A stretch of DNA of 64,000 nt from a virus (taxonomy: Duplodnaviria > Caudoviricetes): IMG/VR virus record IMGVR_UViG_3300025021_000154, positions 25,087 to 89,086 of that record. The stretch is one strand, 5' to 3'. Position numbers and translations under genes: made by a program. A model generated the notes under the pieces. The model made no database searches. It worked only from the letters and a program-made list of their open reading frames with translations, and had not been told where the DNA came from. Of the stretch, positions 15,668 to 24,521 are shown one piece after another; the stretch's first letter is position 1; every line of letters begins with the position of its first letter.

Positions 15668-18600
15668 ACGGTGATCTCGGACTGGGCATAGTGGTATCGA
15701 TGAAGGATGCGTTTTCGCAGAACGCGCAACGCATCCGTGGCTCCATGATGGATCTGGACTCCACCGTGGCCGATGCCAGCGAGCGGATGACCCGCAACAT
15801 GGACCGCATCCAGCAAGGCACCATGATGCTGGGGGCGGGTTTGGCCCTGATGGCCGCGCCCGCAGTTCTAGTCGCCTCCACCGCAGCGACCCAAAAGGCC
15901 CTTGGCGAGCTGGCGTCCCTCGGCGTGCAGGACCTCCGGGCCATCGAGGACGCCGCCGAATCCTTCACCAACCAGTGGTCCGGTGCCGACAAGGCCGCTT
16001 TCATCACCGCCACCTATGACGTGAAATCGGCACTGTCCAACCTCAGCGACGAGGCGGTGGGCGTCTTCACCTCCATGGCCGCCATGACCGCCAAGGCGAC
16101 CAAGGCCACCACCCAGGAGATGGTCGGCACCTTCACCACGGCCTACGGGATTTTCAAACCCATCATGGCCGACATGAACGACATGGAATGGGCGACCGCT
16201 TTTTCTGGAGCCATGGCGCAGACCGTGGCCTCGTTCAAGACCAACGGCACCCAGATGGCCGACGCCATCAAGAACATCGGCGCGGTCGCGGCGGCGAGCA
16301 ACATCCCGCTAAACGAGCAGCTCGCCGTGCTCGGTCAGCTTCAAACCACCATGCCGGGCTCCGAGGCGGGCACGCTGTACAAGGCGTTTATCATGAAGGC
16401 GGCCGAGGCCGGTGACGAGCTTGGCCTGTCGTTCATCGACACCAGCGGCCGCCTCAAGGGCGTGGTTCCCATTCTGCAGGAGATCAAGCGCCAGTTCCCC
16501 GATCTCTCCAATGCCGCCGCCCAGGTGAAGCTGAAGAAGGCCTTCGGTTCCGACGAGGCGGTCAAGTTCCTGCTGCAGATGTCGGCGGGAGTGGATTCCC
16601 TCGAGGGCAATATCCAGTCGGTCGGTCGCGCCATGAAGACCGGCACGGTGGTCACCGAACAGATGGCAGACGCCATGAACCAGGACATCGGAGCCCGGTT
16701 CGTGCTCGTGCGCCAGCAGATGGCCAACCTCAGCGAAATTCTGGGACGCACCTTGCTGCCGGTGGTGACACCGGTCATCAACGGTGTCTCCCGCGTTATT
16801 CTCTTCCTGCAGCGCATGGCCAAATCGATGCCGGGCGTGACCCGGGCGATCCTGGGACTATCCATGGCCCTCGGCACCATTCTGGTCGTGGCCGGAGCCG
16901 TCACCGCCGCCGTGGGGATGGTGGGACTCATGCTTCCCGCCATCAAGGCCGGGTTCGTGGCCATCAGCGCCGCGCTGGCCGGGGTGGGTTCGGCGGTCGC
17001 GACCTATTTTCTGCCCGTCATCGCGATCATCGCGGGCGTGATCCTCTCGGTGTATCTGCTCAAACGCGCCTGGGAAACCAACTTCGGCGGTATCCAGGAC
17101 GTCATCACCGGAGCCTGGAACAAGGTCTCACTGGCGTTCCGGGGGATCAGAGAGCTGGTGGATTCGCTCAGCGGCGGCGTGGGTCAGATGTCGGCCGAAC
17201 TGGCACAGAAGCTCGAATCCGCCGGGCTGCTGGGCTTCGTGGTCACCGTCTTCAAGGCCTATTACCGGGTTCGTGAGGCCATGGCCGGATTGTGGGGCGC
17301 GTTCTCTCATGCCTTTGGGCGCATCCGAGCCATCCTTGAGCCGACCGTCCGCACCCTGATGAGCGCCTATGCGGCACTGGCCAGCGCGGTCTTTTCGGTG
17401 GTGGAGATTTTCGGCGTGGCCGCCAGCGCCACCGACGGTTCGTCCTGGCGAACGTTCGGCACAGTCATCGGCACTGTCGCCGGTGTGCTTCTTCAGGGGT
17501 TGGCCTTCGCCCTGAAGATCGTGGCCTGGAACCTGTCGCTCATCGTGCGAGCCCTGGCGGTGGTAGTGCGCAGCGTGGTCTGGGTCGGCAAGATCATCGT
17601 CGGCACCTTGGTCGGTGCCGCCAAGTTCATCTACAAGTTCCTGTTGCCCGTGCGGATGATCGGCGAGGCCTTCGTGGCCGCCGGGAAGATCGTCTATGCG
17701 GTCTGGCAGGTGCTGAGCGGCGACATCTCCCTGCTCGACGGCCTCAAGGCCATTGGCGGCGCGGTCTACGATTTTCTGGCCACCCCGTTTCGCTGGGCGC
17801 GGGATGTGGTGGTCGGCGTCTGGAATTTCATTTCCGGCATCTTCACCTCCATCGGCCGCCTGGTGACCGACGCCGCCGGACAGATCGGCCAGGCGATTCT
17901 GAACCTGCCGATCATCAGCACTCTGCGCGATCTGTTTGCCACCGTGCGCTCCTTCTTCGCCGGGGACACGACCTTTTTCGAGGCGGGCAAGAAGCTGCTG
18001 ATCACCCTGGGTGAGGGGATCTGGTCGGCGGTGACCTATCCCTTCACCATGCTCAAGAACGCCCTGGGCAAGCTGCGCAATCTGCTGCCGTTCTCCGACG
18101 CCCGGGAAGGACCGCTCTCCAGCCTGACCGCTTCCGGTTCCGCGCTGCTCAAGACCCTCGCCGAGGGCATGAGCCTTACTCAGTCACTGCCCGCAAAAGT
18201 GTTCGGCTTCGCCGCTCGCGGGATTCTCTCGGCTGCTGCGGGAGCCTGGCAGCAGATCAAAACGGCGGGCGGCAACCTCATGGACGCCGCCTCGGTTCCC
18301 TTCCGCATGGCTGGAAAACTCTGGGATGGGTTGACCTCCGGGGCTCAAACCGTCGCGGCCAAGGCCGGTGCCATCTTCGGCGGTCTCAAACAATCCCTGT
18401 TTAGCTATACACCCGAGCTGGCGCTCAAGCCGTCCCAGGTCAACGCCTGGGACGCTCTGTCCACGGGAGCCGTCAATCTCCGCAACCGGATCGTTGCCAC
18501 ACTGTCGGCCGTCCCCGGGGCTGTCGGTCGAATCTTTACCAACGCCGGTGCCGAGGGGCAAACCCTCTGGCAGAGGCTTTCCACTGGCGCGAGCGCGGGC

Positions 18601-19299
18601 ATTCAGGCGATCAAGGATAGAAGCGCTGGGATCGCCAACGGTTTGCTCTCCTCCGCTCGTGCCATGCTGGGAGTCCAGACCCCGATTCCGCAGGTGGCCG
18701 AGCAGAAGCAAACACTCGGAGCTGCGCAGCCCGCCGAATCGATTGGGCAACGCATCATCGAAAGCGTGCTGAGTCTCGTGCCGCGTCTGGACGAGCGCCT
18801 GGTGCCCAAGGCCCTGAGCGCCATGCTGATGCTCCAGCCGGTCATGGCCACTGCCGCGCCGCCTCCGCAACCGATGAACGGCATCGTGCAGACCGTCGCA
18901 GCGGCCGTCGAGCCGGTAAGTAAGAGCTATATCCAGCCGTTCGCGGTGGAACCGCCACTGGAAAACGGAGATGCCTCTCTGGCTCCGGCCGGGATCGAGC
19001 GGCCCAAGACAACCGCGCCGACTCCGATAGCGAAGCCCCTGCAATCCGGACTCACCGAGACGGTGCCTTCCGAACGGTTGATCGCTCCGGCCCGCACCGC
19101 TCCCGCGACACCCATGCGCGGAGAGGAAGCCGGTCCGGGAGTGCGCGAACTGCTGGAATCCCTGCTCTCGCGCCTCGATGGCCTGGCCGACCGCCCGGTG
19201 GAATTGAGCGTGACCACCAACATCGATGGTCGGAAGGTGGCCGAGGCGGTCTACAAGGACCTGCGGGAGCGGAAGATCAGAAACTACGAAACCCTGTGA
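15664..19299 (+). CDS. Tape measure protein (TP901-type core), 1211 aa
   Basis: Length, Ala/Gly-rich amphipathic repeats, GSEAGTLYKAF motif, C-terminal NIDGRKVAEAV. Confidence 0.95.
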   Translation: MNGDLGLGIVVSMKDAFSQNAQRIRGSMMDLDSTVADASERMTRNMDRIQQGTMMLGAGLALMAAPAVLVASTAATQKALGELASLGVQDLRAIEDAAESFTNQWSGADKAAFITATYDVKSALSNLSDEAVGVFTSMAAMTAKATKATTQEMVGTFTTAYGIFKPIMADMNDMEWATAFSGAMAQTVASFKTNGTQMADAIKNIGAVAAASNIPLNEQLAVLGQLQTTMPGSEAGTLYKAFIMKAAEAGDELGLSFIDTSGRLKGVVPILQEIKRQFPDLSNAAAQVKLKKAFGSDEAVKFLLQMSAGVDSLEGNIQSVGRAMKTGTVVTEQMADAMNQDIGARFVLVRQQMANLSEILGRTLLPVVTPVINGVSRVILFLQRMAKSMPGVTRAILGLSMALGTILVVAGAVTAAVGMVGLMLPAIKAGFVAISAALAGVGSAVATYFLPVIAIIAGVILSVYLLKRAWETNFGGIQDVITGAWNKVSLAFRGIRELVDSLSGGVGQMSAELAQKLESAGLLGFVVTVFKAYYRVREAMAGLWGAFSHAFGRIRAILEPTVRTLMSAYAALASAVFSVVEIFGVAASATDGSSWRTFGTVIGTVAGVLLQGLAFALKIVAWNLSLIVRALAVVVRSVVWVGKIIVGTLVGAAKFIYKFLLPVRMIGEAFVAAGKIVYAVWQVLSGDISLLDGLKAIGGAVYDFLATPFRWARDVVVGVWNFISGIFTSIGRLVTDAAGQIGQAILNLPIISTLRDLFATVRSFFAGDTTFFEAGKKLLITLGEGIWSAVTYPFTMLKNALGKLRNLLPFSDAREGPLSSLTASGSALLKTLAEGMSLTQSLPAKVFGFAARGILSAAAGAWQQIKTAGGNLMDAASVPFRMAGKLWDGLTSGAQTVAAKAGAIFGGLKQSLFSYTPELALKPSQVNAWDALSTGAVNLRNRIVATLSAVPGAVGRIFTNAGAEGQTLWQRLSTGASAGIQAIKDRSAGIANGLLSSARAMLGVQTPIPQVAEQKQTLGAAQPAESIGQRIIESVLSLVPRLDERLVPKALSAMLMLQPVMATAAPPPQPMNGIVQTVAAAVEPVSKSYIQPFAVEPPLENGDASLAPAGIERPKTTAPTPIAKPLQSGLTETVPSERLIAPARTAPATPMRGEEAGPGVRELLESLLSRLDGLADRPVELSVTTNIDGRKVAEAVYKDLRERKIRNYETL

Positions 19300-19307
19300 G
19301 AGGACCG

Positions 19308-19619
19308 ATGAAACGCATCTTTGTCTGCAGCCCGTTCGCGGGCGACATAACCCGAAACGTCAAGGTCGCCGAGGCACTTTGCCGCCAGGTCATGAGAAGC
19401 GGCCACGCGCCGTTCGCGCCGCACTTGCTGTATCCGACCTTCACCGACGACAGCGTTCCCGAGCAGCGGGAGACGGGTATCGCCTGCGGCCTGGCCTTTA
19501 TGGAGTGCTGCGACGAGGTGTGGGCGTTCACCGGCAATGGTATTTCCAGCGGCATGCGGCGGGAACTCGACCGGGCTGGACAACTGGGCAAGCCAATCAT
19601 CAAGATTGTCGAGGTGTAA
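19308..19619 (+). CDS. Nucleoside 2-deoxyribosyltransferase-like protein (DUF4406-like), 103 aa
   Basis: IFVCSPFAG, PFAPHLLYP, CDEVWAF, ISSGMRRE motifs. Confidence 0.7.
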   Translation: MKRIFVCSPFAGDITRNVKVAEALCRQVMRSGHAPFAPHLLYPTFTDDSVPEQRETGIACGLAFMECCDEVWAFTGNGISSGMRRELDRAGQLGKPIIKIVEV

Positions 19620-19621
19620 GG

Positions 19622-20092
19622 ATGGCCTGGGATCAACAGCCCATCAAGGGATATCTGGTGGATGCCGACACGGGGGAGCGGCTCGAATTCCAGTACAACC
19701 CCAACTCCATCAGCGACGAGAAGTCGACCGACTACGCGACGATCAAGATCCCCGGCATGAGCCATCCGCGTTACCAGTACGTCGCTGGGGAACCACGCCG
19801 GATCGCCTTCAAGGTCGAGCTGTTCAAAGGGCCGGTAAAGCAGAAGGTCGACTGGCTCCGCTCGTTGCAATACCCGGAGCACGCCGGAACCATGCTCAAG
19901 AATGCGCCGCACCGCGTGCTGCTCATCTTCGGCGATCTCTATCCCGGCGTGACCTGCATCGTCCGGCAGGTGAAGGCGCGGTTCTTCGGCCTGTTCGATC
20001 GGGACAACCTGCTGCCGCAACGGGCCGAGGTGGATATTGTCCTCGAGGAATACGTGGACCGTTCCATCAACTGGTCGGAGGTGCGCTCATGA
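19622..20092 (+). CDS. Tail tube initiator / P2 gpU-like (CIS tube-type) protein
   Basis: FQYNPNSISDEK, IPGMSHPRYQYVAGEPR motifs; ATG at 19622 with RBS. Confidence 0.75.
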   Translation: MAWDQQPIKGYLVDADTGERLEFQYNPNSISDEKSTDYATIKIPGMSHPRYQYVAGEPRRIAFKVELFKGPVKQKVDWLRSLQYPEHAGTMLKNAPHRVLLIFGDLYPGVTCIVRQVKARFFGLFDRDNLLPQRAEVDIVLEEYVDRSINWSEVRS

Positions 20093-20379
20093 TCGGCCGT
20101 GATTCCCGATACGCCCGCTGCGTTCTCTACCGGGACAGCGACGGCACCTCCCTCGGCATGCGCCAGCGCATCGACACCACCCCCAGATACGACGACCGCC
20201 TGCACACCGTGGTCGAAGGCGACCGCCTGGATCTGCTCGCGCACCGCTATCTGGGCGATGTCCGGCTCTGGTGGATCATCTGCGACTACAACGACATCTT
20301 CTTTCCGCTGGAACTCGAGCCGGGCCTGGCGCTGCGCATTCCCTCCCGCGAACATGTTCAAATGCGCCTGCTCGACTGA
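20089..20379 (+). CDS. LysM / P2 gpX-like baseplate protein
   Basis: HTVVEGDRLDLLAHRYLGD..LWWIICDYN..LRIP; ATGA coupling. Confidence 0.85.
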   Translation: MIGRDSRYARCVLYRDSDGTSLGMRQRIDTTPRYDDRLHTVVEGDRLDLLAHRYLGDVRLWWIICDYNDIFFPLELEPGLALRIPSREHVQMRLLD

Positions 20380-20383
20380 GGTT

Positions 20384-20415
20384 TCCGACACCTCGCCATG
20401 CCTTCCGGTAAGTAA
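20384..20415 (+). promoter_or_regulatory. Conserved motif copy 3, putative late promoter
   Basis: TCCGACAC ctcgccatgc CTTCCGGTAAGTAA after the stop at 20379. Confidence 0.7.
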
Positions 20416-20445
20416 GCAGGGAACTGCGAACCGCCGGAGAGACGC

Positions 20446-21729
20446 ATGGATCTGGATACCTTCAAACCGACATTTCTGATTCAGATCGAGGGGCAAGCCC
20501 TCTCGAAGGACATCACCCAGGAGATCACCTCGTTCGTCTTCACCGACAACGAGGAGGAGCTGGATATCCTCGAACTGTCGGTGACCGACCGCAACCTGCA
20601 GTTCGTCGATGACCCTCTGTTCCAGGAAGGCAATGAGATCGTGGCCCGCTTCGGCTACGTGGGGAACCTCTCTCCGCGTAAGAAGGCGGTCATCAAAGAC
20701 ATCGATTACGATTTTCCGGAAAACGGCGACCCGACCATCCGCATCAAGGCCTACGACAAGGGCTTTAAACTCGCGGGCAAGGAAAACCAGAAGGTCTGGC
20801 AGAAACCCGCTCCCGGCATCCTCTATTCGGAAATCGCCGAGCAGATCGCCGCCGCCAACGGCCTCACGCCGGTGGTTACGGCCACCAAAGGCAACCATCT
20901 CCGCGTCACTCAGAGCAACATCTCGGACGCTCAGTTCCTCAAGGAGCTGGCGGAAAAGGCCCGCGACCGCGATGGCGACGGTGTGAGCGGCTATGTCTTC
21001 TACGTCCAGGACGACGAACTCCATTTCCATCCCCGCGAGCTCGACCAGACGCCGCTTCTGACCCTCGAATATTTCACCGACACCAAAGGCCTGTTGCGTT
21101 CGTTCCGTCCGAGCACCCAGTCCCAGGGAGCCAAGGGCGCGGGTGTCGAGACCAAAACAGTCGGCATCGACCCGCGCAAGAAGGATGTGGTCGAGCACAA
21201 GGCCAACAACGCCACCACGCCCGAGCGGACGGCCCTGGGCAAGCAAACCTATCTGGTCGACGGCAACACCGGCGAAGGCAGCTTCAAGGAACAGGAGACG
21301 GGGCAGATCGTGCCCAGCTTCGACCGTTCCGAAGGCTTTCACGAAGAGCCGCGCCAGGAGCCCGCCCAGGACAACGCCGAAGGCAAATTCCGCGAGGCCG
21401 AGCTGCGCCAGGTCGAGGCGGATGCGGCCACCATCGGCATTCCCCAGCTACGCGCCAAGAAGAACGTCGAGATCAAGGGCGTGGGACGGAAGTTTTCCGG
21501 CATCTATTACTGCCACTCGGTGCGCCACAGCATCAGCGGCGCTGGCTATCTCTGCGAACTCAAACTCAAGAAGAACGCCCTCGGCAAGGGCGCGGGCGAC
21601 AAGTCCGCCGAGTCCCAGGGCAAACCCAACGACAAGGAGGCCCCGCCCACGCCGCAAAACGAGCCGCCAGCCATGGTGACCATCGACGCGGATTCCGGCG
21701 CGGTCACACAAGGAGGCGGCAATGGGTGA
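20446..21729 (+). CDS. Baseplate hub / late control protein D-like (P2 gpD)
   Basis: Q.NISDAQFLKELA, FYVQDDELHF, GIPQLRA, FSGIYYCHSVRH motifs. Confidence 0.85.
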   Translation: MDLDTFKPTFLIQIEGQALSKDITQEITSFVFTDNEEELDILELSVTDRNLQFVDDPLFQEGNEIVARFGYVGNLSPRKKAVIKDIDYDFPENGDPTIRIKAYDKGFKLAGKENQKVWQKPAPGILYSEIAEQIAAANGLTPVVTATKGNHLRVTQSNISDAQFLKELAEKARDRDGDGVSGYVFYVQDDELHFHPRELDQTPLLTLEYFTDTKGLLRSFRPSTQSQGAKGAGVETKTVGIDPRKKDVVEHKANNATTPERTALGKQTYLVDGNTGEGSFKEQETGQIVPSFDRSEGFHEEPRQEPAQDNAEGKFREAELRQVEADAATIGIPQLRAKKNVEIKGVGRKFSGIYYCHSVRHSISGAGYLCELKLKKNALGKGAGDKSAESQGKPNDKEAPPTPQNEPPAMVTIDADSGAVTQGGGNG

Positions 21730-22096
21730 TCTCAGCAAGAATTCCAACCGTTCGGAATTCGCCTGCAAGGGCAAGAACTGCTGCGGCCATTCGGCTGCGG
21801 TCCATCCCGACCTGGTCGACGCCCTGCAGGCGTTGCGCGACCGCATCGGCAAACCGCTGTCCATCACCAGCGGCTTCCGCTGTAACCGGCACAATAAGGC
21901 GGTGGGCGGCGCGGAGCAGAGTTTCCACACGCTGGGCATGGCGGCCGACGTGAGCTGTCCCGCAGGCGTTTCGCCCGAGGAACTGGCAGTCATCGCCGAG
22001 GAGATCCCGCTCTTCCGCGAGGGCGGCATCGGTGTCTATGCCTCTTGGGTGCATCTCGATGTGCGCCAGTCGGGCAAGGCGAGGTGGCGGTCATGA
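21722..22096 (+). CDS. Peptidase M15A Zn D-Ala-D-Ala peptidase, probable endolysin
   Basis: SEFACK..CC, ITSGFRC..HN, SFHTLGMAAD, WVHLDVR. Confidence 0.9.
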   Translation: MGDLSKNSNRSEFACKGKNCCGHSAAVHPDLVDALQALRDRIGKPLSITSGFRCNRHNKAVGGAEQSFHTLGMAADVSCPAGVSPEELAVIAEEIPLFREGGIGVYASWVHLDVRQSGKARWRS

Positions 22097-22512
22097 GCGC
22101 CGAAACCAAGAACCTGTTTTCGGGCACCGCGCTGGGTCTCTCCGGGCCGCTTCGGGTGGAGATACTTCCCAATGGAATGACCGCCAGGCTGACTCAGCCG
22201 TTCCGTGTCCGTACCGGCGCTGGCCGCATCATCGAAGTGACCGCTGGGTTCGAGACCGACTTCGCCTCGGTGCCGCGCCTGTTCTGGCGCGTGGTGCCGC
22301 CCTGGGGGAGATATTCCCCGGCGGCCGTCGTTCACGACTACCTCTACCACACCGGCAAGGTCTCGCGGCTTGCTGCCGACCGCGTCTTTCTCGAACTGAT
22401 GGCGGCCCTGGGCGTGCCTCTATGGAAAAGGCAGGTCATGTATTGGGCGGTTCGCCTGGGCGGCTGGCTGGCCTGGGACACCAGTCGAAAACGGGAGACG
22501 GAGCATGCTTGA
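22093..22512 (+). CDS. DUF1353-like protein
   Basis: GFETDFASVPR, AAVVHDYLY, AVRLGG motifs; ATGA coupling. Confidence 0.85.
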   Translation: MSAETKNLFSGTALGLSGPLRVEILPNGMTARLTQPFRVRTGAGRIIEVTAGFETDFASVPRLFWRVVPPWGRYSPAAVVHDYLYHTGKVSRLAADRVFLELMAALGVPLWKRQVMYWAVRLGGWLAWDTSRKRETEHA

Positions 22513-23554
22513 AACCCGCGACCGTCAATCCGAGGAGCGCTACCGCAACCGCTGGTACGGCAAGTACCGGGCCTTCGTGCGCGACAACAACGACCCCGAA
22601 CGCCTTGGCCGGGTCCGGCTGGAAATCCCCGCCGTGCTCGGCAGCGGGCGGGAGAACTGGTCCGAATGGGCCGCTCCCTGTTTCCCCTACGGCGGCAACG
22701 ACGACACCGGCATGTTCCTGGTCCCCGAGGAAGGGGCCTCGGTCTGGGCCGAGTTCGAGGGCGGCGTCGTCCAGTATCCGATCTGGACCGGGGTCTGGTT
22801 GGCCAAGAGCAATCCCGGCGAGCAGCCCGAGGAATCCAAGCGCACCTGCGCGAATGCCTTCTGCCATGACTGCGAGGACAAGGTCGAGCATCAGGCCAAC
22901 CGGCACGACGATCTCGAACACAAGAAGTACCACGGCCATCCGCCGTATTACTGTCCGCGCCTGAAGATCCTGCTCAAGACCGAAACCGGCCACACCATCC
23001 TGGCCGATGACCGCGACGGCGACGAGCTGCTGCGGATCATCGACCGCGCCGGACAGATCCTCACCATGGAAGGGAAGGTGAAGCCGGAGATACAGAGCGG
23101 CAACGCCCTGCGCCGAGGCACGAAGGACGCCGAGAAAGGCGACCAGCTCGACATCGCCTCGCAGATCGTCGGCTCCCGTGCCCGCATCCAGCTCACCGAC
23201 CTCTGCCGCCAGCAGGTGATCCTCGAAGCCTGGCAGGACAAGGAGAAGGTCCACATCCTCTCGTGCGACAAGGGCCGCTCCCGCTGGCAGAAGATCCTCA
23301 TCGATACCACCAAGGGTCGGGAGAAGGTTCACATCTGGGGACTCAACGGCACCCAGGAAATCCTCATCGATTCCACCGCCGCCGCCGAACAGATCCGGCT
23401 CACCGACAAGGCCGGTCAGGTGGTGCGCATGAACGCCGCGCCCGGCCAGGAGAGCATCAGCGCCACCGACAAGTCCGGCAGCCTCGTGTTCATGGATGGG
23501 GTGGCCGGAAACATCATCATTCGCTCGACGAACACCGTCTTGATCAACACTTGA
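22505..23554 (+). CDS. Baseplate spike (gpV/gp5/VgrG-type OB fold + beta-helix)
   Basis: YGKYRAFV.DNNDPERLGRVRLEIP, WAAPCFP, VPEEGASVWAEFEGG..YPIWTG. Confidence 0.9.
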   Translation: MLETRDRQSEERYRNRWYGKYRAFVRDNNDPERLGRVRLEIPAVLGSGRENWSEWAAPCFPYGGNDDTGMFLVPEEGASVWAEFEGGVVQYPIWTGVWLAKSNPGEQPEESKRTCANAFCHDCEDKVEHQANRHDDLEHKKYHGHPPYYCPRLKILLKTETGHTILADDRDGDELLRIIDRAGQILTMEGKVKPEIQSGNALRRGTKDAEKGDQLDIASQIVGSRARIQLTDLCRQQVILEAWQDKEKVHILSCDKGRSRWQKILIDTTKGREKVHIWGLNGTQEILIDSTAAAEQIRLTDKAGQVVRMNAAPGQESISATDKSGSLVFMDGVAGNIIIRSTNTVLINT

Positions 23555-23567
23555 AGGGAAGCATTGC

Positions 23568-23942
23568 ATGGGAGAAAGAACAACAACGCCCTCCGGACTT
23601 TCGGCCAGCGAGGAATTGCTGGCCCGGACCTTCGATCATTGGCGGGAGGAATTCCGCAGCATCCTCGAAAGCCACCGCCGGGAAATCCAGGACCGCCTCG
23701 AGAAGATCGAGCGTGAAATCGAGAAGAAATCGGACAAGGAAAACGTCGAGGTGCTGGTCCGCTCGATCTATTCCGATCTGCACCGGCACGCCGAGGAGAT
23801 CGACCGGCTGCATGCCCGGGTCGGCTCCAAAATGGGGACCGAGACCATGTGGAAGATCGTCGGCTTGGTGTTGACCATCGGCAGCACCATCGGCGGACTC
23901 GTCGGCTTTCTGATCCATCTGTTGCTGAAGGTGAACCCATGA
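23568..23942 (+). CDS. Coiled-coil protein with C-terminal TM helix (holin-like)
   Basis: Soluble coiled coil followed by one hydrophobic helix (IVGLVLTIGSTIGGLVGFLIHLLL). Confidence 0.5.
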   Translation: MGERTTTPSGLSASEELLARTFDHWREEFRSILESHRREIQDRLEKIEREIEKKSDKENVEVLVRSIYSDLHRHAEEIDRLHARVGSKMGTETMWKIVGLVLTIGSTIGGLVGFLIHLLLKVNP

Positions 23943-24202
23943 GTTCCCAGGCTCGACTCGGCGACATCAGCAGTCACGGCGGCGTCATTATCACCGGGGC
24001 GAGCCGGACGCTGGACAACGGCATGCCGGTGGCCCGCATGGGGGATCTGCACGTCTGTCCCATCCCGGGGCATGGCGTGACGCCCATCGTGACCGGCAGC
24101 TTCGACACCATCACCGAAGGATTGCCCAACGCCCGCATCGGCGACATCACCGCCTGCGGAGCCATCATCGTCACCGGCAGTCCCGACACCATCGACAACT
24201 GA
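23939..24202 (+). CDS. PAAR-repeat spike tip protein
   Basis: ARLGD..SHGG, PVARMGD.HVCP..GHG, PNARIGD.TACGA. Confidence 0.93.
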   Translation: MSSQARLGDISSHGGVIITGASRTLDNGMPVARMGDLHVCPIPGHGVTPIVTGSFDTITEGLPNARIGDITACGAIIVTGSPDTIDN

Positions 24203-24212
24203 GGGGGACGCC

Positions 24213-24521
24213 ATGAACAATCTCGAACAGCCGCAGGAACCGCACTACTGGGATGTCTTCCCGAAACTGATCCGGGTCTCGCGGTCCCCATTCGTCCAGC
24301 GCATTCCGCTCTCGATCCGTGGTCTACCCGAAGCGCCGGTGTTCGAATCGTCCAATCCCGACGTGGCCAGTGTCGATGAGGACGGCAATGTCGAGTGCGG
24401 CTTCGTTCCCGGGGCGGCCATGATCCTGGTCTGGGATTCGCCCGAGCGGCTCAGCCTCCGTCACGTCCAGGTCGAGGTCTATGGCGGCGGCGTCTCCGCA
24501 CCGGTGGATGTCCCTTCATGA
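24213..24521 (+). CDS. Ig-like (Big_2) domain protein
   Basis: FESSNPDVASVDEDGNV motif. Confidence 0.75.
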   Translation: MNNLEQPQEPHYWDVFPKLIRVSRSPFVQRIPLSIRGLPEAPVFESSNPDVASVDEDGNVECGFVPGAAMILVWDSPERLSLRHVQVEVYGGGVSAPVDVPS

